A stretch of 53,118 bases of DNA, taken from contig CAWBPL010000002.1 of NCBI GenBank assembly GCA_963790805.1, positions 770,696 to 823,813 of the forward strand. The letters run 5' to 3'. The position numbers and the translations under genes were made by a program. The DNA is from Candidatus Gottesmanbacteria bacterium (lineage in GTDB: Bacteria > Patescibacteriota > Microgenomatia > UBA10105 > UBA927). A model generated the notes under the pieces. It had not been told where the DNA came from. It was given only the letters and a program-made list of their open reading frames with translations, and searched no databases. The stretch's first letter is position 1, and every line of letters begins with the position of its first letter. This document shows, piece after piece, positions 8,733 to 27,184 of this stretch.

Positions 8733-9686
8733 TTACGCTCTCGTGTAGGAAATTGATCTCCCTTTCCCATGTGGAAATAATAGTCCCAGAGTATTTAGTT
8801 TCGCCAAATCGCGTGATGCAGTAATCTGGGAAACGCCGAAAAGGTGCTGGACTTTTTTGTTCGTCATTGATGTCGTGGGGTCCGTTAGATGCTGCAATAC
8901 GGCTTTCTGTCTCTCGTTGAGTTCCCAAAACCTAGCCGGAAAGTCAGGATGGATTTTAGAATCCGCAATATCATTAAATCGTTCCTGCAGGTTGTCTTTC
9001 ATGGCCTGAACGTAGAACATCAGCCAGTGGTTCAGGTTTCCCTGTTTTTGAAAGCTTTCTATGGCGAGAGTATAGGATGATTCATTGGAAAGCCAGTGTT
9101 TTTCTACGGTCAGAAGTCCTCTGATATCGTAGCCGTATTTCGCCAAAAACATAGAAGAAGTAAGTCTGGCGATAACGCCGGGATCAGATGGTATTGTCGC
9201 GCTGTTGGAAAGAAGACATAAGGCAATTCCAGCCTGAATGATGGGGTGATCCGTCTGATTTTCCAAATATTCAAGAAGCGTTTTGATAGTGGGCTGCGCC
9301 GATTCAAAAGCGCGGTCGATGAGATCAATGGGGCTGGTAAGCGCAATTTCGGCTAAAGTTCTGACGGTCGCAAATGTAACGGGTTTTGTGCTTGCAGTCC
9401 ACGTTTCTTCTATATAATCCAGCGCCTTCTTATAGGCTAAAGCATCACGGTATTCGGTAGGGATGTGTTTTGTCTGGCTGGCAAGAATTTTTGCCACCTG
9501 CCCGCGGCTTAAGAGAGTATGGGAAAGCGCAAGAGAGCTGTAAATCCGCGTTGTTTTGGCCTCCCAGCGATATTTGCATTCCATGGCCGGTGACAGGGGA
9601 ATACAGAGAATTTGTTGTCGCAACCGGTCAATTTCACGAATTTGCTCTTTGAGTTCGACCGATTCCGTATACGCAAGTGGTAGCAT
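8733..9686 (-). CDS. Fic/DOC-family protein with C-terminal wHTH; catalytic motif degenerate
   Basis: Fic-like N-terminus (TTRIYSSLALS...LSRGQVAKIL), HPIIQAG helix and C-terminal ITASRDLAKL...GKGRSISY wHTH. The HPFxDGNGR motif is replaced by ATIPSDPGVIAR. Confidence 0.75.
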   Translation of the reverse strand: MLPLAYTESVELKEQIREIDRLRQQILCIPLSPAMECKYRWEAKTTRIYSSLALSHTLLSRGQVAKILASQTKHIPTEYRDALAYKKALDYIEETWTASTKPVTFATVRTLAEIALTSPIDLIDRAFESAQPTIKTLLEYLENQTDHPIIQAGIALCLLSNSATIPSDPGVIARLTSSMFLAKYGYDIRGLLTVEKHWLSNESSYTLAIESFQKQGNLNHWLMFYVQAMKDNLQERFNDIADSKIHPDFPARFWELNERQKAVLQHLTDPTTSMTNKKVQHLFGVSQITASRDLAKLNTLGLLFPHGKGRSISYTRA

Positions 9687-9728
9687 AGAAAAATTATTCC
9701 AATTTAGAAATTATTCCTCTAACACATT

Positions 9729-9829
9729 CTTATCATAACCTTATCATCGTTGTCAATGAATGAGCAATTGTTGTTTTTAGGGTAATTTTATAGGGAGATA
9801 TATTACATTTGATAAGATTTTGATAAGAT
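9729..9829. promoter_or_regulatory. Four TGATAAG sites in two inverted, 11-bp-spaced pairs
   Basis: cttatca at 9729 and 9740; tgataag at 9810 and 9821, within tandem TTTGATAAGAT x2 at 9808-9829. Confidence 0.6.
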
Positions 9830-9852
9830 TATTCCCTTTGGCATTCTACCTC

Positions 9853-9881
9853 TTGACAGCGTATTTCACGCTTTTCATAGT
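9853..9881 (+). promoter_or_regulatory. Sigma70-type promoter for the HTH-Cache gene
   Basis: TTGACA (9853-9858), 17-nt spacer, CATAGT (9876-9881). Confidence 0.5.
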
Positions 9882-9890
9882 AGATATAGT

Positions 9891-9949
9891 TTGTACTTAT
9901 TTGTAATAACGAGGTCAGAATTTTTGTACAAACTAGTAAAAACTTGAAA
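9891..9949 (+). promoter_or_regulatory. 10-bp-phased TTGTA-type direct-repeat array C
   Basis: ttgtac 9891 and ttgtaa 9901; ttgtac 9924, tagtaa 9934 and ttgaaa 9944. Confidence 0.55.
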
Positions 9950-9962
9950 AACTAAACCTGCC

Positions 9963-20052
<10,090 letters not shown>

Positions 20053-20056
20053 ATAC

Positions 20057-20306
20057 GTGCGCCCTTTGGCGTGTGCATTTTGTGCGCATCCGTCAAGAAG
20101 GCTTGAGTCTTTTGTGAAACTAAATGCGGTTCGCGTGGCGAGGAACAAAATTATTGCAGATCGCTTCCCGAGCTTAACACAACCATGTAACATTGGCGGA
20201 TGGATTATTGCGAGCAGCGGATCAAAATAATTTTGTTACGAGCCAAAGCAAGTTTGTGAAGATCCTGCGCGTGACGGTGCTGGCAAAATGCACGCGCCGC
20301 GAGCGC
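20057..20306 (+). repeat. Structured dispersed intergenic element, copy 1 (MITE/REP-like or ncRNA)
   Basis: Nested IRs 20069-20082/20284-20297, 20086-20094/20272-20280 and 20144-20155/20226-20237. Four shared sequence blocks with the reverse complement of 44788-44996. Confidence 0.8.
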
Positions 20307-20317
20307 AATAGTTTATT

Positions 20318-22057
20318 ATGCGAGGTTTATATTTTTGGCGGGGAATAGGAATTTCACTTCTCATCGTCGGCATTTTCCTTTATAGCTTTATACTTCATAT
20401 CGGCGAGCCGTTGTCACTCATCCATAACGATGCATTTCAGACGCAGTTTATCCTCAAACATTACGCTGATGTTGTAAAAACCGGTAACTGGAAGTCTATT
20501 ACAAATCTGCCGATGCTGTACGGGTATCCCGACGCACTTTTATTAAACGAACATTTCATCGTTCAGGCCGTTATTGCAGTGCCGATCTATCTGTTAAGCG
20601 GCAACGTCAACCTTATGTATAGCGTTACGGCCATAGCGGTTCTTATATTTTCCTTTTGGGCGATGTATCTTCTGGCTTTGCATGTCACGCATAACGTGTG
20701 GGCGGCTATCGTATCTTCGATTGTGTATGTTCTGAACCCCTTTGTCTTTGCGCGGTTTCCGGATCATCTCAATCTCGTTACACTCGGGTTTATTCCTCTT
20801 ATAATTCTGTTTATTGAAAAATCGTTTGAAAAGCCGACGGCAAAACGCGTGTTTTTAGTATTTTTGTTTATTACGTTCCAGATATTGTGCTCGTGGTATT
20901 ACGCCGCGTTTTTGACGGTTGTCCTTCCTATTTACATTGTGATCCGTCTATATCAGCGCCGTAGCGCAATCCTGCCATATATAAACAGGGGACTCATTGC
21001 GGGTGTCATCCTTCTGGGTCTGGTAAGCTTCGGAACGTGGAAGCTCTATACTCCTTTGCTGAACGGATATAAAGAGAATAGTCAGCAGGAACAGCTGTTT
21101 TATACCGTGTTTGCGGCATGGCCGACGGATTGGCTCTTTACGGCTCCGAACAATGTGATTTACGGTCAGGTCCGCCAAACCGTTGCAAGTAAATATCCGA
21201 ATTTGGTCCACAAAGGCAACGCTTCGGAGGAAAATCTTTTTTGGGGAATTGTGCCACTCATCCTGTTTCTTTTGAGTTTTTCAATCGTCCGTCAGTCAAA
21301 AAAATACCGGTCGATCTGGATTGTTGAGACGATCCTTCTTGTCTTGAGTTTCCTCCTTTCCTTCGGACCGGTCATTCGCTTCACATCTACCGTTTCGATC
21401 CCAAACATATATAATTTTTTTGAGCGGATTGATCCGATACTAAGCTTTACGCGTGTCACGGCACGCTGGGCTGTATTTGTATTTTTCTTTTTGGCGCTTA
21501 TTGTCGGGGAAACGGTTGAAGTGCTCGTAAACAACAAGCGGGTGAAAAAAGCGTGGGCGGTGGGGGCGCTTGTTGTTGTTGCAATTCTTCTGGATTATTG
21601 GAATAGTCCGATGACATTTATGACTATTGGGCAAAGTACGGTACAGTTCTATAACAAGGTAAAGAATGATGCCGCGATTCACGTACTTCTTGACCTTCCG
21701 ATCGGCAACAAACTGCCCGCAGGGTCGTCGGGAGCCCGCGCCGAGTATCTCGATGCGCACTATATGTTTTGGGCTTCCAGCTTGCACGGAAAAGCGCTTT
21801 TTAACGGATATACGGCATTTATGCCACTGACCTATTATGAAGTCGCCGATGAGCTTTCAACGGCTCCGCTGACCTCGGAATCTGTTTCTTGGCTGGCTTC
21901 AAACGGTATCGATGCGATTGTTCTTCATAGAGACGAATATCCCTATCAGGGAGACTATTTTACCCAGCGCGCGACGCTTCGTCTGCTTAAAGTTCCGATG
22001 AAATATTCAACAGACTCGCTTGCGCTTTTTGACATAACTTCGTACAAAGGGAAGTGA
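20318..22057 (+). CDS. GT-C-superfamily polytopic glycosyltransferase-like membrane protein (YfhO-like)
   Basis: About 11-12 TM. Acidic first loop (HNDAFQTQ...YPDALLLNEH), VYVLNPFVFAR, and a periplasmic tail with LFNGYTAF...IVLH. Confidence 0.65.
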   Translation: MRGLYFWRGIGISLLIVGIFLYSFILHIGEPLSLIHNDAFQTQFILKHYADVVKTGNWKSITNLPMLYGYPDALLLNEHFIVQAVIAVPIYLLSGNVNLMYSVTAIAVLIFSFWAMYLLALHVTHNVWAAIVSSIVYVLNPFVFARFPDHLNLVTLGFIPLIILFIEKSFEKPTAKRVFLVFLFITFQILCSWYYAAFLTVVLPIYIVIRLYQRRSAILPYINRGLIAGVILLGLVSFGTWKLYTPLLNGYKENSQQEQLFYTVFAAWPTDWLFTAPNNVIYGQVRQTVASKYPNLVHKGNASEENLFWGIVPLILFLLSFSIVRQSKKYRSIWIVETILLVLSFLLSFGPVIRFTSTVSIPNIYNFFERIDPILSFTRVTARWAVFVFFFLALIVGETVEVLVNNKRVKKAWAVGALVVVAILLDYWNSPMTFMTIGQSTVQFYNKVKNDAAIHVLLDLPIGNKLPAGSSGARAEYLDAHYMFWASSLHGKALFNGYTAFMPLTYYEVADELSTAPLTSESVSWLASNGIDAIVLHRDEYPYQGDYFTQRATLRLLKVPMKYSTDSLALFDITSYKGK

Positions 22058-22094
22058 AAAGCATTTTTGTTAATCGGGTTTATACCTGTGCATT

Positions 22095-24095
22095 TTATGT
22101 TTGAATTGATCTTTTTGGTTGCACCAGAGCGATGACGTAAAATAGAATCACAAGTCCCGTGAGCGCCTGATAGCCTACCGCAAGCGACAGGTATTCCAGA
22201 AATCCTCCTGTAAGGGATCCCAAAAGATTTATGCCGAAGGCAATTTGCGGATGGTCAGAGGTTTTGAAGAGTTGAGAAAAAATAACATTTGCGAAGAATA
22301 TCGGGCAAAAATAGAAAGAGCTTGCGGCAATGAGTCTGGGCCAAAAGGCAAGTTGTATGAACCACGACGGCGGGACGAACCATTGGAAGGCAAGCATGAT
22401 GAATAAAAGTCCATAGAAGAGGGCAATACGGGTGATTTTATAGCGGGAATTAAGGAGGTTTGCGAGCAAAACAAATACAAGAAGCGTCGAGATAACAAGC
22501 GCATTGACGAGCCACGTTGACCCGAAAAAGAGTGCGAACGTCGCAAGACTTTTGGTTTCCAAAAGCAGGAAGCCAGCGCCAAAACAGAAGAACCGGAGAT
22601 CAAATCTCAGATGTTTTTTGCCCCAATTGCTTATGGTGACCATGGCGATTGATGAGACAGCCAGAAGCGCGATGAATGAACTGTACAGCGGCGGGATCGA
22701 GGGTTGTTTGAGGTATAAAAACGGCCAGTTGTCGCTTGCGGGCGGGATGTTCGACTTCGGCGTGTATCGGGGAAATTCTCTTCCGAGTTCCTGCGTTTTC
22801 GGACCGGTCATGATGACGGCGGCGTTTTTGGGGCCGCCATAGCGCATAACAACGGGCGGGTTGCCGAAAACCTGCGTGGTCATCGCGGCTATTTTATCGA
22901 TCAGCCAGTCTTCACGATAGTAATTGTAGAGTGCAAACAGGCCATGTCCGGTGAGATGATTTTTTACGAGGCGGAACGCGTCGGTGGTAAAAATAAAACT
23001 TTCCAAGCGGATGTTCGAGCTTTTGGCTGTGAGAGCCAGTGAATCTGTCAGCGCATAGACAATAAGATCGTAGTGCTCGTTGGAATTTTGCAGAAAACTT
23101 CTGCCGTCATCAATGTGCACGCTGACGCGCGGGTCGTCAAAGGGCTTATCAGGATTCAGCGTTTTACCGAGTTTTACCATAGCGGGATCAATTTCGACGG
23201 CGTCTATTTTTTGCACATCCGGATCCAGCCCCAACGCCGTTGCCGTATCGGCTCCCGTACCGGCGCCGATAATTAATATTTTTTTAAATGTTTGTGAGGG
23301 AAACAGCTGATACGGTACGTAGTAGAACGGTTCCCGCGTACTGTAACGACTTATATACTGGTTCGGGATATTGTTGACCTCGACGGCGTACGTTGGATTG
23401 AGCGATGCGTCCGCCCCGACGTTGGTTACGGTGATTTTATAATACGGGCTCCATACCGCCCCCTTTTCGGTAAACAGGACAAGGGCAAGACACCCGATAC
23501 ATGCAGCGATTCCTATGGCGAATCCAGTTGATTTATGAAACGTGAGATAGCTATAGACGGTAATAATAAGAAGAAACCAGATGATGGCTGAAACAGAGAG
23601 AAACGAAAGAGCGGTGAAAAGGACAATTCCGCTCAGACTTCCGAGAATATCAAAGGTGTATGCCTCAAGAGGAGGAATCGTTGCAAAAAGTTGTCCTAAT
23701 CCTAGGGATAGCGGAATATTTACTAAAGCAACGAGAAGGAAAACAAGCGGCAGGATATATTGCGGTTCAACACGTACGAATGTATCCGAGACTGCAGTAA
23801 AAAAAACGGCGTCCGGTGATGAAACGGTAACTTCCAGTTTAAAAACAACGACGATGACGAGAAGACAAAGCAGAATATACGGAAAAAATGTTTGAAAACG
23901 ATACCGGCGTCCTGCCAGCAGCATGCCGCACCCCATGCCTAAAAATGTGGCCAAAAGGATAATGTTGGAGAAATATCCGATGAATCTGATGTTGGCAGGG
24001 ATAAACCGGATAAGGGAAAGTTCCAGAAACAGAATGAGGAAACTGTATAAAAACAACCTGATGCGCGAATTTTTATGGCTCGGATGTAACGGCAT
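22095..24095 (-). CDS. Polytopic membrane protein with central spermidine-synthase-like SAM-binding domain
   Basis: LFLELSLIR N-terminus, ILIIGAGTGAD, AVEIDP, IDDGRSFL...YDLIV and ASDNWPFLYL motifs, with TM blocks on both sides. Confidence 0.8.
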   Translation of the reverse strand: MPLHPSHKNSRIRLFLYSFLILFLELSLIRFIPANIRFIGYFSNIILLATFLGMGCGMLLAGRRYRFQTFFPYILLCLLVIVVVFKLEVTVSSPDAVFFTAVSDTFVRVEPQYILPLVFLLVALVNIPLSLGLGQLFATIPPLEAYTFDILGSLSGIVLFTALSFLSVSAIIWFLLIITVYSYLTFHKSTGFAIGIAACIGCLALVLFTEKGAVWSPYYKITVTNVGADASLNPTYAVEVNNIPNQYISRYSTREPFYYVPYQLFPSQTFKKILIIGAGTGADTATALGLDPDVQKIDAVEIDPAMVKLGKTLNPDKPFDDPRVSVHIDDGRSFLQNSNEHYDLIVYALTDSLALTAKSSNIRLESFIFTTDAFRLVKNHLTGHGLFALYNYYREDWLIDKIAAMTTQVFGNPPVVMRYGGPKNAAVIMTGPKTQELGREFPRYTPKSNIPPASDNWPFLYLKQPSIPPLYSSFIALLAVSSIAMVTISNWGKKHLRFDLRFFCFGAGFLLLETKSLATFALFFGSTWLVNALVISTLLVFVLLANLLNSRYKITRIALFYGLLFIMLAFQWFVPPSWFIQLAFWPRLIAASSFYFCPIFFANVIFSQLFKTSDHPQIAFGINLLGSLTGGFLEYLSLAVGYQALTGLVILFYVIALVQPKRSIQT

Positions 24096-24151
24096 TCTTC
24101 TTATGACTATATGATGAAAAACGGGACAGGACAAGCGATCATCCCATCGGG

Positions 24152-26110
24152 CTACAGGTGCGAAAGGAGTTTAGTGAGTTGCGTTTTTGCGTCCGTATCG
24201 ACGGTATTTTTCACTCCCCGTTGCCAAAGCGCACGTACTTCATCACGTTTATCCGGTGACATCTCAAGTGTGAGTTGCCCGAGCCGGATATAAATAAGCC
24301 CGCGATCCGGAGCGAGGGAAAGCGCTTTTTGGTAGAGAGAAATAGCGGCGGGAATGTTTCCGTCATGTGCTGCAATTTCGCCAAGATTCATATAGGGAGA
24401 TTCGAAGGTCGGATCTTCTGTCGTTGCTTCCACAAAACGACTTTTCGCCTGATCCAGATTGCCCTCAAGTTCATAAATATATCCCAGAGCATTGCTTGTA
24501 CGGGCTGATTTGGCAATACCATCCATGCGCTCGTATTCAAATTGTGCCTGATCGACTTTGTCAGAAGGGAACGGATCGCGAAGATAGGGTGTAGCTGCTT
24601 TTGTTTCAAATTCTTTAATAACCCCGTCATTTTTCCCGTTCCTTCGGACAAATATCTCACTGTCATCATCCCAGAATACGAGTGCCCAGTTCGGATCGGT
24701 ACTCAAAAGGCTGCCGATTCTTCGCATGACGACGTGTTTTTGAACACCAATAATAACAAAGTCGAATGCATATTTGTCCCAGAAGGTATTTAAAAACCGT
24801 CTGTATTGTGGATCTGGAAGATATTTGTGTGCGGAAAGCTGCAGGTAGTCGCGCATTTCGTGAAGATGATAGACCTCCGCGCGTCCGTCCAGAAAAATTT
24901 GCAGCTTCGGGTATACGCTGTAGAGCATATATCCGCCATAGGTATATTCATTAAACATCCGGCCGGTCAGATACTGTTTTGCGAATGCAGCCGCGTCGAT
25001 TGGATAGTACAGCCGTTGGCCGTTCACGCTCTGGTGTTTGAGGGTATACAGGAACAGTTGAGAAGAAATAAGAAGAATGAAAAGGATTCCCCAGAGGGTT
25101 TTTTTTATCCGTGACGGGGTACGCGCGACAAGCTGCGGGATCACCCAGCCCAAAAGAAACATGCTGCTGTAGAGGCCTAAAAAAACGTTTCTGGTTGCGC
25201 TGAAGCCCACAAATGCTGTGATAAGGAAAGGGACGGTCCACAGGTTTTCTATCCATCGCCGGTTCTTTATGGATATCCACACGGCGCCGAGAGTGGACAG
25301 ACCGACAAAGCCTGTATAGATAATGAATCCCATGAGGAAATTATCAAAGGGCGGTGCCCATTCCTGAATAAAATCAGCGAGGAATTTTCTGTCGAGGAAG
25401 AACGACCAGAGCAGCCGGTAATCGCGTATACCCATTGGCGGCAGGATTGTCACAACGGCACAAATGACGCCGGCAAGAACAAAATCCCTGATAATAGAGA
25501 GATACGTTTTGTTTTTTGTCACGAGATACTGGAAGCCGGCTATCACGGCATACGAAGCGAGCATGCCCCACGAGAGAAACGCGGTTGAATGAATATTGTT
25601 CCAAACGAGGACCAGAAGCGGAAAATACAATATCCAGCGTTTTCCTTTGAAAATTCTATATAAGATAAGAGAAAGTTCCAAAAATAAAAGGGTATATGCC
25701 GCCATATAAGGACGTGCGGTCATAAATTCGTAGCCGTTGACGATAAAAAGGAGGAGGGTACTGAGTCGGATGATAAGCGGTACTTTGAATATGTCTTTAA
25801 GCGTCCGCAGATATATATACGATATGGCAACGACAAATAGGCTGATAAACGGCGGAATAATCCAGAGTCCGATCCGCGAGAGTTCATAGGCAATAATCTG
25901 GAAGAGCCATTCAAACGCGATCCATTCGCGTCCCTGTGCGGCAAACGAGAACGGTTCAACGAATGTTAATCCGTGCTGGACGAAATATTCACCCGCTTTT
26001 ATGTGGAACCAGATATCAAAGTCCCGAAGGGGGAGCTGCGTCGCCCAAAAAATTATAAAAAGAGAGAGCGGTTCCGAAAATTGTTCGAAGAGGCGTTTCA
26101 TCTTGTTCAT
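24152..26110 (-). CDS. GT-C-like membrane protein with C-terminal TPR repeats
   Basis: RDFDIWFHIKAGE...PFSF...WIAFEWL, ARPY and FLDGRAEVY motifs. TPR-like ALGYIYELEGNLDQAKSRF and YMNLGEI...AISLYQKAL. Confidence 0.7.
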   Translation of the reverse strand: MNKMKRLFEQFSEPLSLFIIFWATQLPLRDFDIWFHIKAGEYFVQHGLTFVEPFSFAAQGREWIAFEWLFQIIAYELSRIGLWIIPPFISLFVVAISYIYLRTLKDIFKVPLIIRLSTLLLFIVNGYEFMTARPYMAAYTLLFLELSLILYRIFKGKRWILYFPLLVLVWNNIHSTAFLSWGMLASYAVIAGFQYLVTKNKTYLSIIRDFVLAGVICAVVTILPPMGIRDYRLLWSFFLDRKFLADFIQEWAPPFDNFLMGFIIYTGFVGLSTLGAVWISIKNRRWIENLWTVPFLITAFVGFSATRNVFLGLYSSMFLLGWVIPQLVARTPSRIKKTLWGILFILLISSQLFLYTLKHQSVNGQRLYYPIDAAAFAKQYLTGRMFNEYTYGGYMLYSVYPKLQIFLDGRAEVYHLHEMRDYLQLSAHKYLPDPQYRRFLNTFWDKYAFDFVIIGVQKHVVMRRIGSLLSTDPNWALVFWDDDSEIFVRRNGKNDGVIKEFETKAATPYLRDPFPSDKVDQAQFEYERMDGIAKSARTSNALGYIYELEGNLDQAKSRFVEATTEDPTFESPYMNLGEIAAHDGNIPAAISLYQKALSLAPDRGLIYIRLGQLTLEMSPDKRDEVRALWQRGVKNTVDTDAKTQLTKLLSHL

Positions 26111-26124
26111 TTACCCCCATCATA

Positions 26125-27165
26125 TCATGGGTGTTTTGTCTGAAGTAGAGAGATTTTGAGAAAGGGTTTTTCAATATATCGGTAGGTGAGTGCCGCAAGA
26201 AGCATGGTCAGTGTGAAGACGAGCGGGATTTTTATAAGCGCGGGAATTATCATGCCATGTTCGCCTGCGATATCAAACCAAAGAAATATGCTCATATGCC
26301 AGAGATAGGCACTGAAGCTGACGCGACCGACTATCCGTAAATACCTGTTTTCGAAGATTTTTGTCAGCGGGTTAGAAAGGTGAACAAGAATATAGATGAT
26401 GAAAGACCAGAATGCGCTGTAAAGCATAAGCCAGAGATAGTAGCTCAATGTATAATCTCCAAACATAAATACATCGTAGCTCAATAGTGAAGACAGGAGA
26501 AACAGGAACAGGAGGGTAAAGAATAGTTCCATATGATATGTCTCGATCATGCGACGCCATCGCCCTTTAAGCTGCGGCACAAAGCTTGTCGCTGAACCCA
26601 TGATAAATGCCGGTAAATAAAGCCAAATGCTCAATTCGTTGGTGAGTTGTCTTGGTGCGACAGCGGCCGAAATATTTTGGTACATAAAGCCATAGATAAG
26701 GAAAAAAAGGCAGAGGACAGCAAAGAACAACTGTCTGTTTTTCCTTACCAGTACATACAAGAGAAGCGCTACAAAAGGAAGGAGGGCGTAATATTTTAAT
26801 TCAACGGCGATGCTCCAGAAATGCTCGAGACCAATTTGGAGCGAGAGGTGCTTCCATATAAGTTCAAGTGGTTTGCCGCTTTTCGTTATTGCCGGTAAGA
26901 AAAGGAGGGCGACTATATACATAGGGTATATCCGAAAAACTCGTCGGGTAACATAATTAATGATAACGAGCGGTTTGTCGGCATAGTGTTCCATGGAATA
27001 GACCAAGCTTTTGGTTACAAGATATCCTGAGAGAACAAAAAATAAAAATAGACCTTCTTTGCCGGATAATTGATACGGGGTGTTAACAAACTGGCTTGCG
27101 TGAGCGACAAAAACCAGTAAAAATGCAATTCCCCGCAATCCCTCAAGCGCAGCAATAAACGGCAT
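26125..27165 (-). CDS. Acyltransferase-3 (OafA-like) membrane O-acyltransferase
   Basis: LEGLRGIA, LFFVLSGYL, RRVFRIYP, HFWSIAVE.KYY, GRVSFSAYLWH and YRYIEKP motifs. Confidence 0.9.
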   Translation of the reverse strand: MPFIAALEGLRGIAFLLVFVAHASQFVNTPYQLSGKEGLFLFFVLSGYLVTKSLVYSMEHYADKPLVIINYVTRRVFRIYPMYIVALLFLPAITKSGKPLELIWKHLSLQIGLEHFWSIAVELKYYALLPFVALLLYVLVRKNRQLFFAVLCLFFLIYGFMYQNISAAVAPRQLTNELSIWLYLPAFIMGSATSFVPQLKGRWRRMIETYHMELFFTLLFLFLLSSLLSYDVFMFGDYTLSYYLWLMLYSAFWSFIIYILVHLSNPLTKIFENRYLRIVGRVSFSAYLWHMSIFLWFDIAGEHGMIIPALIKIPLVFTLTMLLAALTYRYIEKPFLKISLLQTKHP

Positions 27166-27184
27166 AATTTATGATTATGATATC

